This document shows, piece after piece, positions 1 to 10,212 of a DNA stretch of 64,000 nt. A program made the translations under genes and the position numbers. Each line of letters opens with the position of its first letter. Position 1 is the stretch's first letter. The notes under the pieces were generated by a model. The model saw only the letters and a list, made by a program, of their open reading frames with translations. It did not search any database and was not told the DNA's origin. Source of the stretch: an uncultured SAR86 cluster bacterium (GTDB taxonomy: Bacteria; Pseudomonadota; Gammaproteobacteria; Magnimaribacterales; D2472); NCBI GenBank assembly GCA_902518715.1, contig CABYHU010000002.1, forward strand, positions 129,821 to 193,820, given 5' to 3'.

Positions 1-2
1 GA

Positions 3-734
3 GACTATGTAACTCCCCTTCTAAAAGGGATCTTGGATGATACCGCTGATAGTGCTGAAATTGATCAAATAATCTTTGATACTTTACAGTGGGTTTCAGA
101 TAAGAGTTCAAGAACAGGCCTGACAGATGTTGAGGACTTCAGGACAACAACCTATACAGTTGGTAATAGCGGTTCAGCTTATTACACAGTTGATGGAATT
201 AATGCTGACTCAACTGCATTAGTAATTTATGCACGAGTTGGTGACACTATTGTATTTGAACCAACAGCAAACAGCGTTTTTTCTGCACATCCATTTGAAA
301 TATCAACAACAGCCAATGATACTAGCGGATCAAACAATATCGGTTCCCCTGAAGGCTGGGATCAATCCAGCCATACATTAACAGTAACGGACTCCACGCC
401 TACAACTCTTTATCCTCATTGTGGAGTCCACACTGGCATGTACACCAATGGAAGAATTGAGATTGTTACAACATTTGATAATTCCCTTATTGATGTTACA
501 TCTGCAAGTAGTGGTTTAGAAGTTAGCGGAACAGTTTCTGTTGGACCTTTTAAAGGCGCATCAGGTAATACTCATACAGTGTACTTAAGAGCTGCAGATG
601 CAGGTGCTGATTATCATGAACATCAATTCCATGAATTACCAGGACTAACATTCTATATGCCTGCTGACCAAGGCTATCACGGCGCAACAAATTCATCGGG
701 GCAAACTAAGTTTAAAACAAAGTCGCACTACTAA
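3..734 (+). CDS. C-terminal part of a larger (probably secreted) protein with a cupredoxin / type-1 blue-copper-like domain; the 5' end lies outside the window
   Basis: The frame is open from nt 3, with no stop before the TTG at 33 used by the ORF track, so the CDS is 5'-truncated. The ligand pattern of small blue copper proteins is visible: FSAHPFE, then YPHCGVHTGMYTNGRIEIV (His ... Cys-x2-His-x2-Met, then G-R-I-x-I-V; amicyanin/plastocyanin-like spacing). The tail is His-rich (DYHEHQFHE). An intrinsic terminator follows. Confidence 0.6.
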   Translation, partial: DYVTPLLKGILDDTADSAEIDQIIFDTLQWVSDKSSRTGLTDVEDFRTTTYTVGNSGSAYYTVDGINADSTALVIYARVGDTIVFEPTANSVFSAHPFEISTTANDTSGSNNIGSPEGWDQSSHTLTVTDSTPTTLYPHCGVHTGMYTNGRIEIVTTFDNSLIDVTSASSGLEVSGTVSVGPFKGASGNTHTVYLRAADAGADYHEHQFHELPGLTFYMPADQGYHGATNSSGQTKFKTKSHY

Positions 735-756
735 GTTTTGGCTATAAAGCCTCCTC

Positions 757-787
757 GGGCTGGCTTCGGTCAGCCCATTCTTTTTTT
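757..787 (+). terminator. Rho-independent terminator
   Basis: 8-bp GC-rich stem GGGCTGGC / GGTCAGCCC (one G-U pair) closed by a UUCG tetraloop (757-776), followed by ATTCTTTTTTT. It sits 23 nt after the stop at 734. Confidence 0.85.
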
Positions 788-807
788 AAATGCTTTAAAA
801 TAATCCA

Positions 808-1359
808 ATGGCATTAACATATTCAAGCATGCTAGAGCTTGGCTCTAGCTTAGAGGAGTTTAAACTTCTAAATACAGTTAGCGGCAATGACTTTTCTTCA
901 AGTGAGCTTGATGAAGCTAAACCTTCGTTAATAATGTTTATCTGTAATCATTGTCCTTATGTCATTCATTATCATGACGAAATTAAGCGTCTTGCTGGAG
1001 ATTATGCTGAGATTCTTAATATGGTAGCTATCAGCTCAAATGATATAGAAAACTATCCTCAAGACGGGCCGGATAAGATGGGTGAGTTATGGAAAGACCT
1101 AGGACTATCATTCCCCTACTTATTTGATTCAACTCAGGAGATAGCTAAAAAATATAAGGCGGAATGTACTCCTGAATTCTATCTTTTTAATCGCTCGCAA
1201 CAGCTAGTGTATAGAGGCAGGCTTGATGAAAGCTCGCCTAATTCAGGCATTGAGCCAACTGGTAAAGATCTTAGAGATGCAATAGACAATCTCATTGGTG
1301 GCAAAGAAATTAATTCGAATCAGCTTCCTTCAATGGGTTGCAACATAAAATGGTTTTAA
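808..1359 (+). CDS. Thioredoxin-fold thiol-disulfide oxidoreductase (AhpC/TSA-redoxin-like family), cytoplasmic
   Basis: CxxC motif in FICNHCPYV, overall redoxin-like layout, conserved C-terminal GCNIKW. No signal peptide. Confidence 0.7.
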   Translation: MALTYSSMLELGSSLEEFKLLNTVSGNDFSSSELDEAKPSLIMFICNHCPYVIHYHDEIKRLAGDYAEILNMVAISSNDIENYPQDGPDKMGELWKDLGLSFPYLFDSTQEIAKKYKAECTPEFYLFNRSQQLVYRGRLDESSPNSGIEPTGKDLRDAIDNLIGGKEINSNQLPSMGCNIKWF

Positions 1360-1365
1360 AAAAAT

Positions 1366-2928
1366 TTAAGAGTTGGTTTCAATCAATAAGTTTGGTTGAT
1401 CTTTACGTTTTTTAAGAAGAAATTCATCGTATAGCTTTCCCGTTGCCGTATATGCGCGGAACCTAAGATTATCTTTGTTAATATCTATAATTTGATAGAG
1501 CTGAGTATTTTCTCCGAGCTTTTTTGCATATGAACCTTTAGTAATTTCATACATTTTTGGTCCGCTTACTGAAACAACATGGACAGTCCCGATTTCTGGA
1601 TCATAAGCTTGCTGATAACCTGTTGGAATATTTTCAACTTTTTTTGCATCAATTAGACCGGTACGAGAGTAGGTATGATCGTGCCCGCTTAAAACAAGAT
1701 CAACTTTAAATTCATCAAGTAATGGTTTCCATAGTTTACGCATTTCTAAATTATCTCGATCTGATGCAGGAGAATATAGTGGATGGTGAAATGTAATTAT
1801 CGTCCAACGATTATCATTCTCTTCTAGAACTTTTCTAAGCCAATCTACTTGAATCTCCATTTCAATATTTGAATCAAGCGATATAAAACGAACACCTTGG
1901 TAATCCAGAAAGTATAAAGTCTCCTTTAATCTCTCATCGGGAACATTCTGGATTGGAAAGGAGAATTGTGGTCTCCAATGATTGCTAACCTTTTGAATAC
2001 CATCCGGATTTTGAAGACGATCATATAGTGGAGCTTTGCCACCCAAAATTGGTTTATTTATGAGTTCTTCTTTTTTATACCCTGTAATTAATTCAATGCC
2101 CTCATCGGCATCTATTATTTCTCCAGAATCTTTAATCTTTATTGTTCCTGTTCTATTTTGAAAGTCTTCGATATCAACAATAAAGATCCCTGGATTATCA
2201 TTGTTTAAAGATTCAATTTCGATATTGATAGGTTGACCATCTTTGTTTGTCCATATTCTTTTAGTCTCAGAATCTTTTTGATATTCATGATTGCCAGGGG
2301 TTGCTATTACAGGAATTGTTCCATTTACCCAATCAGGACCCTGATGCCATTCACCCCATTGTGAGTCCATATTGTGTTCATCAATTAAATCACCAGCATG
2401 TAATGTAAATGCAGCTCTTGGTGCGTCACGAAAAGCTTCCCTAAAAACTCTGGACCAATGAGTTCTCACTTCATTTTGTGCGTCACCGAAATAAATAAAA
2501 CTGAAGGGATCTTCTGAAGAGCTTGCAGTTTTAAAGTGATAATACTCTGTCCAATTTACTCCATCTCCAACTCTATAAGCATATAGAGTATTGGGTTGAA
2601 GATTCTTAAAAGTAACACTATGGTAATGAGCATCATTTATATCACTCTCAAAGTAACTTGTTTCTGCTTTAAACTCATCTGGCTTAAGTGCCCTCCCATT
2701 TGCATTTGCTATAGCAAGCTGTGCAAGCCCCACTTCGATAGATGTATCAGTTCTCCATGTTACTGCTTGGGTTGTTGCAGGATCATCATTCCAAGTTAAG
2801 ACTACTCTATCTGGCAGAGGTGTTGGAGCATGTGCAATTTCGTCAGGATACTTCTCAATAGAAGAATTTGGATGCGATAGAAGAGTTATCGAAAAGAAGA
2901 AAATTAAAAAATAAAAAAATCTATGCAC
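1366..2928 (-). CDS. Secreted metallophosphoesterase, purple-acid-phosphatase-like
   Basis: N-terminal signal peptide. All calcineurin-like phosphoesterase motifs are present in order: GDAQN, GDLIDE, GNHEY, FHHPLYS, GHDHTYSR. The N-terminal beta-domain (TWRTD ... YAYRVG) is typical of PAPs. Confidence 0.8.
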   Translation of the reverse strand: MHRFFYFLIFFFSITLLSHPNSSIEKYPDEIAHAPTPLPDRVVLTWNDDPATTQAVTWRTDTSIEVGLAQLAIANANGRALKPDEFKAETSYFESDINDAHYHSVTFKNLQPNTLYAYRVGDGVNWTEYYHFKTASSSEDPFSFIYFGDAQNEVRTHWSRVFREAFRDAPRAAFTLHAGDLIDEHNMDSQWGEWHQGPDWVNGTIPVIATPGNHEYQKDSETKRIWTNKDGQPINIEIESLNNDNPGIFIVDIEDFQNRTGTIKIKDSGEIIDADEGIELITGYKKEELINKPILGGKAPLYDRLQNPDGIQKVSNHWRPQFSFPIQNVPDERLKETLYFLDYQGVRFISLDSNIEMEIQVDWLRKVLEENDNRWTIITFHHPLYSPASDRDNLEMRKLWKPLLDEFKVDLVLSGHDHTYSRTGLIDAKKVENIPTGYQQAYDPEIGTVHVVSVSGPKMYEITKGSYAKKLGENTQLYQIIDINKDNLRFRAYTATGKLYDEFLLKKRKDQPNLLIETNS

Positions 2929-3005
2929 AACGGTACAGATTTTACTTGAAAAAATTAATGTAAGTGTGGCTAAAAAGAAACTTTTTGTATCAGGTTGGAA
3001 AAAGA

Positions 3006-3083
<78 letters not shown>

Positions 3084-3090
3084 AATTAAA

Positions 3091-3115
3091 TTGGAAGGAG
3101 CATTTTACCCTCCAA
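3091..3115 (-). terminator. Possible weak terminator or processing hairpin between the membrane-protein gene and tRNA-Ile
   Basis: On the minus strand, TTGGAGGG-taaaatgct-CCTTCCAA (7 bp plus one mismatch) is followed by TTTAATT. It lies 20 nt after the stop at 3136 and 7 nt before the tRNA 5' end. The U-tract is poor, so co-transcription with RNase P processing is equally possible. Confidence 0.35.
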
Positions 3116-3135
3116 ATGCAATCACAACAATACGT

Positions 3136-3810
3136 TTAGCTCTTTATAGATTTATATAAGCTAAAGTAGATGTACATCCAGGGGAGAATGAAAACATACT
3201 CAACAAGCCCTGCCCCAATAGTTCCTGCAACTGGATTGCCATTGAATATTACACCTGACATTAATGAGCCCGCTACAAGCGTAAGTACAAAAAATACAAA
3301 GGTTAAAAAGAAAAGGGTTGTTCCGTGCTCATCGGTTGCTTCCCATGAAGCTCTTAGAGAATCCATAACGCCCTTATCTTCAAACATAATATATGCTGGG
3401 AAAAGGTAAACACGTCCCATAAAATAAAAGGCAGGAAGTATTAAAAGGATTGCTCCCAAGCCAATCAATAAGGATGAAAGAATAGTTGCTCCAAGCAAAG
3501 GAAAGAATTTCTTAAACCCAGCAGATAATGCATTTATTGGATTAGAGGCCTCTTGCGACATAATTGATTGATAAGCAACCATCAATCCGCCAGTAAGAGA
3601 TACACTGAGCACAATAGCAATAAGTGAAACTATCATAATGCTTGCTAGGTTTCCGGACATATACTCGCTTATATCCATTGGATCCATTCCATCAATAGGT
3701 ATTAATAAATATGCGACTAGCATTTCACTCACCATTACTGGTAAAACCAGTAAAAATAGATATTGAAAGTTTTTAAGCGCAAATTCCCATGCTGCAATGA
3801 ATTGATTCAT
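3136..3810 (-). CDS. Polytopic inner-membrane protein of unknown function (YciC/DUF975-like architecture)
   Basis: Five to six hydrophobic helices with short loops and no catalytic motif that I recognise. The family assignment rests on architecture only. Confidence 0.45.
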   Translation of the reverse strand: MNQFIAAWEFALKNFQYLFLLVLPVMVSEMLVAYLLIPIDGMDPMDISEYMSGNLASIMIVSLIAIVLSVSLTGGLMVAYQSIMSQEASNPINALSAGFKKFFPLLGATILSSLLIGLGAILLILPAFYFMGRVYLFPAYIMFEDKGVMDSLRASWEATDEHGTTLFFLTFVFFVLTLVAGSLMSGVIFNGNPVAGTIGAGLVEYVFILPWMYIYFSLYKSIKS

Positions 3811-3847
3811 GTTTTTACCTCTAATTTATTGATAAGATATTGTATAC

Positions 3848-5956
3848 ATGAAACTATCCCATATCTACTTTATAACCCTTATTTTTGTAGCAGGTTGCTC
3901 AAATATGAATAATGATGAAGATTACCCAGAATCTAGGAAAGATGGTACTGTTGAGGAGATCTTCGGAGTAACAGTTGAGGACCAATATAGGTGGCTTGAG
4001 GACTTCACATCGCCTGAATCTACCGCTTGGGAGCAAAATCAGAACAAATTTACTGAAAAATACCTAAAAAAAGGCCCTTTTACTCGAAATATTGGTAAAG
4101 ATTTAGAAAAAGTATGGGATGGAGAGTCAATTAGTACTCCATATGTGCAAAATGATCGAATTTTTTACTATTTTAATGAGGGTGATTGGCAGCATAGCAA
4201 ATTAATGATGAAAGACTGCCTTGAAGAATGTGAGGCAGAAGTATTAATTGATCCAAATTCATTTTCAGATGACGGAACATTCTCTTTGGGCGGAACTAGC
4301 ATTAGCCCAGATGGAAAATGGATCGCATATTCAATTTCGGATGGAGGATCAGATTGGCGCATTTGGAAAATTATGAACATAGAGACTCGAGAGCTTTTAG
4401 AGGAAACAATTAATTGGTCAAAATTTTCTGGAGCCGTTTGGGAAAAAAATAATTCAGGTTTTTATTATCAAAAATATTCTGAGCCAACAGATGAGTTGTT
4501 AGCAGATATAAATGAACAACCAAAATTAATGTTTCATAAATTAGGTACATCACAAGATGAAGATGAGCTAATTTATGAAAATCCTGACCAACCCAGATGG
4601 GGTTGGTCGATTTCGATCTCCGAAAATAATGCTCATAAAATTCTTTCGATCAGTGATGGGACAGAAGAAAAAAATAGAATCTATATTAAATCTAATGATT
4701 CTGAAAATTTCATTCCAGTCATCGATGAGCTAATTGGTGAGTATGGATACATAACAAGCAAAGATGATGTTCTATTTTTCTACTCAACAGAAAATGCTCC
4801 TAATGGAAAAGTTTCAGCGCTAACAATTAAAAACGGATCTTACGTTTGGAATGACGTAATTAGTGAATCTGATTTTGCAATTCGTTCTGTCAATATAGTC
4901 AATGAAAAAATAGTTATTAATTATCTGGTAGATACCATTTCAAAAATCAAATTCTTCGATATGAATGGAAACCATCTGAATGATTTCAGTTTTGAGCTTG
5001 CTGGAACTATAAGCGGATTTGGTGGCGGAATAGACGACAAAGAAACTTACTTTAATTTTTCTAACTACGTTACCCCGACAAAAATCTACAAGATAAATAT
5101 GGAAGATTTCTCTTACGATGTTTTTTGGGAAGAGCAACTAGCAGATCATAATGTAGATGATTATGAGACAAAATTATGGTTTTATGAATCAAAAGATGGA
5201 ACTAAAATACCACTGCATATCAGTAGTTTAAGCAATATAAATGTTGATGAAAATACACCAGTGTTGCTTTATGGATATGGAGGTTTTGATATCTCAATTC
5301 TTCCTGGTTTTAGTAAAAGATTTCTATCTTGGATGAATCAAGGTGGCGTAGTTGCAGTTGCAAGTTTGCGAGGTGGATCTGAGTATGGAGCAAAATGGCA
5401 TGAGGATGGGATGCTCTTCAACAAACAAAATGTCTTTGATGATTTTGCCTATGCTGCAAAATTTTTACATGCAACTGGAATTGGTTCTCCAGAGACAACT
5501 GCAATTGAGGGAAGATCAAATGGTGGACTTTTAGTTGGAGCAACTATGCTTCAAAATCCTGAGTTATTCAAAGTGGCTTTACCAGGAGTTGGAGTTATGG
5601 ACATGCTGAGATTTCATAAGTTTACAATTGGGTGGGCATGGACAAGCGACTATGGATCACCAGATGAAAAAGATGCTTTTTTAAATTTGTATGAGTATTC
5701 GCCCTATCACAATATTCAAGATGGAGTATGTTATCCAACTACTTTAGTTTTCACTTCTAACAGAGATGATCGTGTTGTGCCATCTCACTCATATAAATTT
5801 GCAGCCCGTCTTCAAGAAGCTCAAGGTTGTGAAAATAAAATTTTAATTAGAATTGAAGATCGAGCTGGACATGGTGCAGGTACTCCTCGATCAAAACAGA
5901 TTGAAGCAATTTCTGAGATATATGGATTTGCTCTAAATGAAATTTCTAAGAAATAA
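3848..5956 (+). CDS. Prolyl oligopeptidase (S9A prolyl endopeptidase), lipoprotein
   Basis: Lipobox FVAGCS. N-terminal beta-propeller region, then the catalytic triad context EGRSNGGLLVG (GxSxGG), NRDDRVVP and DRAGHGAG. The length (702 aa) is typical. Confidence 0.9.
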   Translation: MKLSHIYFITLIFVAGCSNMNNDEDYPESRKDGTVEEIFGVTVEDQYRWLEDFTSPESTAWEQNQNKFTEKYLKKGPFTRNIGKDLEKVWDGESISTPYVQNDRIFYYFNEGDWQHSKLMMKDCLEECEAEVLIDPNSFSDDGTFSLGGTSISPDGKWIAYSISDGGSDWRIWKIMNIETRELLEETINWSKFSGAVWEKNNSGFYYQKYSEPTDELLADINEQPKLMFHKLGTSQDEDELIYENPDQPRWGWSISISENNAHKILSISDGTEEKNRIYIKSNDSENFIPVIDELIGEYGYITSKDDVLFFYSTENAPNGKVSALTIKNGSYVWNDVISESDFAIRSVNIVNEKIVINYLVDTISKIKFFDMNGNHLNDFSFELAGTISGFGGGIDDKETYFNFSNYVTPTKIYKINMEDFSYDVFWEEQLADHNVDDYETKLWFYESKDGTKIPLHISSLSNINVDENTPVLLYGYGGFDISILPGFSKRFLSWMNQGGVVAVASLRGGSEYGAKWHEDGMLFNKQNVFDDFAYAAKFLHATGIGSPETTAIEGRSNGGLLVGATMLQNPELFKVALPGVGVMDMLRFHKFTIGWAWTSDYGSPDEKDAFLNLYEYSPYHNIQDGVCYPTTLVFTSNRDDRVVPSHSYKFAARLQEAQGCENKILIRIEDRAGHGAGTPRSKQIEAISEIYGFALNEISKK

Positions 5957-7141
5957 TTAGGTTTTAATTTTTAAGAATCTTCTCTTGCCAACTTGGACAA
6001 GTAACTCTTGATTCTTTTCAATGCTAAGTTTTGGGTCATCAATTTTTTCATCATTAATTTTTACTGCTCCCTGTTTAACTAAACGCATCGCTTCCGATGT
6101 GCTTTGAACTAACCCAGATTCTTTAAGCAGGTTTCCAATAGCAATGTCATCATCCAAAGAAATTGAGAACGTTTCTATTTCTTTTGGCTTTGCCCCTTTT
6201 TGGAATCTATCAAGAAAAGTATTTTTTGCATTTTCAGCATCTTCTTTAGAATGAAATCGCTCAATTATCTCTTCAGCAAGCAAAATCTTAGTATCTCGAG
6301 GGTTCATACCCGATTTCACCTCTTTTTTTAGCTCATTTACCTCATTTATTGGCCTAAAACTCAGTAATTCGAACCATCTCCACATCAAATCATCAGAAAT
6401 TGACATAATTTTGCCGAACATTTCATCAGGATCTTCATTGATACCAACATAATTATCTAAAGATTTAGACATTTTATTAATTCCATCCAAGCCTTCTAAG
6501 ATAGGAAGGGTTATACAAACTTGAGGCTCTTGATCAAATGCCCTTTGCAGCTCTCTTCCGACAAGAAGATTAAATTTTTGGTCAGTTCCGCCCATTTCCA
6601 CATCAGCATTTAAAGCGATTGAGTCGTAGGCCTGAATTAAAGGATATAAAAACTCGTGAATGGCAATTTGTTGATTTGCTTTGTAGCGTTTCGAAAAATC
6701 ATCTCTTTCAAGCATACGACCTAAATTATATTTTGATGCAAGCCCAATAATTCCATCAGCACCTAAATCTTCACACCACTCAGAGTTAAATCTGATATCT
6801 GTTAAGTCTTTATTTAAGATTTTAAATACTTGGTCGGAGTAAGTTTTGGCATTTTTTTCAAGTTCCTCTTTATCAAGTGATGGACGTGTTTTGTTTTTGC
6901 CAGAGGGATCCCCTATTCTTCCAGTAAAATCTCCGATTAAAAAAACTACCTTATGACCAAGATTCTGGAAGTGCCTCATCTTGTTTAAGATCACAGTATG
7001 GCCAAGATGAAGATCGGGTGCAGTTGGATCAAATCCAACCTTAACAGTTAGTTGTTTTTTAGATTTAAGTTTTGAAACAAGGTCGTCTTCAGTTAAGACT
7101 TCATCGATGCCTCGCTTTATTAATTCAAGAGATTCTTTCAT
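5957..7141 (-). CDS. tyrS: Tyrosine--tRNA ligase
   Basis: Class I signatures PDLHLGHTV (HIGH) and KMSKSLDN (KMSKS). C-terminal S4-like domain. Confidence 0.95.
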   Translation of the reverse strand: MKESLELIKRGIDEVLTEDDLVSKLKSKKQLTVKVGFDPTAPDLHLGHTVILNKMRHFQNLGHKVVFLIGDFTGRIGDPSGKNKTRPSLDKEELEKNAKTYSDQVFKILNKDLTDIRFNSEWCEDLGADGIIGLASKYNLGRMLERDDFSKRYKANQQIAIHEFLYPLIQAYDSIALNADVEMGGTDQKFNLLVGRELQRAFDQEPQVCITLPILEGLDGINKMSKSLDNYVGINEDPDEMFGKIMSISDDLMWRWFELLSFRPINEVNELKKEVKSGMNPRDTKILLAEEIIERFHSKEDAENAKNTFLDRFQKGAKPKEIETFSISLDDDIAIGNLLKESGLVQSTSEAMRLVKQGAVKINDEKIDDPKLSIEKNQELLVQVGKRRFLKIKT

Positions 7142-7176
7142 AAAAATTTTTCTCCATCATAGTATAAAATAACTTT

Positions 7177-10100
7177 ATGAAAGATTTCACAAAATTCCAT
7201 TCAGATAAGGAAATTGCTAAATATTTAATAAGTGAATTTGATGACTCTAAAGAGAAAGAAATCTTTTCAGCAACAAAAAAAATAATCACTGAGTGTAGGA
7301 AAAATAAGTCAGGCAGAACACTACTAGATAAATTTCTAAGTGAGTATGGTTTAACAAATGATGAAGGCGTTGCCTTAATGTGTCTTGCTGAATCTGTTCT
7401 AAGAATCCCAGATGACAACACAAAAGATGAACTAATATCTGAAAAGATTACAAATTCAAATTGGGTAGATCATATTAATCAGGCAGATAGCTTATTCGTT
7501 AATGCAGCTACTTGGGGCTTACTAATTGCAGGTAAAGTTATTCAGCCTCCAAGAGCATTATTTGATAATCCGCTTGAGTGGATTGGCAAACTGACACAAA
7601 AAACTGGAGAGACTTCTGTGCGGCAAGCAATCATGACTGCAATGCAGATCTTGAGCAAAGAATTTGTAATGGGAAATGATTTTGATTCTGTTATCAAAAG
7701 TTCAAATCTGAAAAAGTCTATCCACAGCTTTGATATGCTCGGTGAAGCTGCAAGAACTAAATCACAAGCAGAAGGTTTCTATAATTCTTATGTTGAGGCG
7801 ATTGAAAGGGTTGCTAAACTTAATAGAGAGTTTGGAATCAATCATGGAGTATCAATAAAGCTTTCAGCACTTCATCCAAGATACGAAACTCTCAAATATG
7901 AATTAACAAAAAAAGAGATCCTTAACTCAATCCTAAGCCTAGTTAACCTCGCATATCAAAATGATGTAGAGATAACAATTGATGCTGAAGAACAACACAG
8001 GCTCTCTATAAGTCAAGATTTGATTGAAGAAGTTGCTATGAGTAAAAGAATAAAGGATTGGAATGGATTGGGTTTTGCTATTCAAGCTTATGGGAAGAGA
8101 GCATCAAATGTTGTCAATTGGGCGAATGACTTGTGCTCTAAAAGAGAAAAAATGCATGTCAGGCTGACAAAAGGCGCTTATTGGGATGGAGAAATAAAAT
8201 TCTCTCAAGCCGGTGGTCATGAGGGGTTCCCAGTCCTTGTTAATAAAAGTCTTACTGACCTTAACTATTTATTTATTGCCTCAAAACTTCTTGGCTCAGA
8301 TAATCTGAAGCCTAAGTTTGCTACTCATAATGCTCATTCTGTAGCCTCGATTTACTTTATGGCCGAAGAGAAAGAATATGAATTCCAAAGACTTTTTGGA
8401 ATGGGAGAGCTGCTTTATAAGTCTGCAGATAAGGTTCTAGGAGGAATACCTTCCGCAGGAATATATGCACCCATTGGTCCATATAAAGATCTGCTCCCAT
8501 ATTTAGTAAGAAGACTGCTTGAAAATGGTGCTAACAGCTCATTTGTGAATAACTTACTTAATCCAGAAGTGAGTCCAGATGATCTAGCAGAAGATCCAGT
8601 TAAATCTGTAAAAAAAGCTATTGATAAACTTCAACATGAAAAAATCGTAAACCCATCAGATATCTTCTCTCCAAGAGTTAATTCATCTGGATATGACTTA
8701 AGCGAACCTAAGAATCTGCTTGACTTAAAATCTGACCTTTTGAAATTTGATAGTTTAAAAGTTGAGGCAAAAAACTTTTGTAGCGAAATTAATGAATCTA
8801 AAAATGAGAAACGATACTCAATAGCTAATGGAAATGAGATTGGGGATTGTTCTTTTGCAGATATAGCAAATGAATTAAATTTCCAACAATGTACTGAATG
8901 GAAAAATACTCCTGTTAGCGAGAGAGCAGATATCTTTTATAAAATTGCTGATAATTTAGAGAAAGATTCTACAAAATTCTTATATTACTTAATTCATGAA
9001 GCCGGGAAAACTTACAAAGATTCCTATGATGAAATTAGGGAGGCAGTCGATTTTCTTAGATATTATGCAGACAATGCTAAAAGTCTTTTAAGCGAACCCA
9101 ACAACCTCAATGGTCCAACAGGTGAATCAAATCAGCTTTTCTACCAGTCAAAAGGTACTTTTGTGTGCATCAGCCCATGGAATTTCCCGCTTGCCATTTT
9201 TGCAGGCCAAATAGCTGCGGCTCTTGTAACAGGGAATTCAGTTATATCAAAGCCGTCTGAGCATACTCCAATCATTGCGACCATGATGATTGAGCTTTTT
9301 TATAAAAATGGTGTACCAAAATCTGCATTAAAATTAATTCAGGGAGATGGCTCAATAGGCTCAAAACTAATTTCATTTGATCACATTTCTGGAGTTGCCT
9401 TTACGGGATCCTCAGCAACTGCAAAGAAAATTAATCTCCAGTTGGCTAAGAAAGATGGTCCTATCTCTTCTTTAATTGCTGAAACTGGTGGCCTTAATGC
9501 AATGTTTATAGATTCCAGCTCTCTTCATGAGCAGGTTGTCGATGACATAATGCGATCTTCCTTTAATAGTGCCGGGCAAAGATGTTCTGCTTTGAGATTA
9601 GCAATTATTCATGAGAGTATTTTTGATGATCTGGTAGAGATGATTAAAGATGCAATGGCTGAACTTACCGTTGGTAATCCCGAAGACTTCCACTGTGATG
9701 TGGGTCCAATTATCGATGAAAGATCAAGAAATATGCTTCTTGAATATATTTCAGAATGTTCAAACAATGGATATCAAGTTTTTAGTCATAATCAAGCTCC
9801 TGATGGTAATTTTGTTTCGCCAACCTTAATTGAATTAAATTCGATTGATGATATAAATGAAGAAAAGTTTGGACCGATACTTCATGTCATCAAATACAAA
9901 ACCGATGAGCTTGATCAAATTCTAAATGCTCTTAAGAATAAACAATATGGTCTAACCATGGGTGTCCATTCAAGAATTGAATCAAAGGCAGATGACATCA
10001 TCAACAAGTCTATTGCTGGAAATACTTATATTAATAGAGATATCGTGGGTGCTGTTGTCGGCTCTCAACCATTCGGAGGAACGGGTTTATCAGGGACTGG

Positions 10101-10212
10101 ATTTAAGGCTGGTGGCCCAAACTACTTACTCCAATTTGTTGATGAGAGATCGATAACTAAAAATACAGTTGCTTTTGGTGGCAATGCCGAAATACTCAAT
10201 TTAGAAGACTGA
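7177..10212 (+). CDS. putA: Bifunctional proline dehydrogenase / L-glutamate gamma-semialdehyde (P5C) dehydrogenase PutA, without the N-terminal RHH DNA-binding domain
   Basis: The PRODH barrel region (SFDMLGEAA, GAYWD) is followed by an ALDH domain with FTGS, AETGGLNAM and the catalytic Cys in AGQRCSALR. Length is 1011 aa. Confidence 0.93.
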   Translation: MKDFTKFHSDKEIAKYLISEFDDSKEKEIFSATKKIITECRKNKSGRTLLDKFLSEYGLTNDEGVALMCLAESVLRIPDDNTKDELISEKITNSNWVDHINQADSLFVNAATWGLLIAGKVIQPPRALFDNPLEWIGKLTQKTGETSVRQAIMTAMQILSKEFVMGNDFDSVIKSSNLKKSIHSFDMLGEAARTKSQAEGFYNSYVEAIERVAKLNREFGINHGVSIKLSALHPRYETLKYELTKKEILNSILSLVNLAYQNDVEITIDAEEQHRLSISQDLIEEVAMSKRIKDWNGLGFAIQAYGKRASNVVNWANDLCSKREKMHVRLTKGAYWDGEIKFSQAGGHEGFPVLVNKSLTDLNYLFIASKLLGSDNLKPKFATHNAHSVASIYFMAEEKEYEFQRLFGMGELLYKSADKVLGGIPSAGIYAPIGPYKDLLPYLVRRLLENGANSSFVNNLLNPEVSPDDLAEDPVKSVKKAIDKLQHEKIVNPSDIFSPRVNSSGYDLSEPKNLLDLKSDLLKFDSLKVEAKNFCSEINESKNEKRYSIANGNEIGDCSFADIANELNFQQCTEWKNTPVSERADIFYKIADNLEKDSTKFLYYLIHEAGKTYKDSYDEIREAVDFLRYYADNAKSLLSEPNNLNGPTGESNQLFYQSKGTFVCISPWNFPLAIFAGQIAAALVTGNSVISKPSEHTPIIATMMIELFYKNGVPKSALKLIQGDGSIGSKLISFDHISGVAFTGSSATAKKINLQLAKKDGPISSLIAETGGLNAMFIDSSSLHEQVVDDIMRSSFNSAGQRCSALRLAIIHESIFDDLVEMIKDAMAELTVGNPEDFHCDVGPIIDERSRNMLLEYISECSNNGYQVFSHNQAPDGNFVSPTLIELNSIDDINEEKFGPILHVIKYKTDELDQILNALKNKQYGLTMGVHSRIESKADDIINKSIAGNTYINRDIVGAVVGSQPFGGTGLSGTGFKAGGPNYLLQFVDERSITKNTVAFGGNAEILNLED

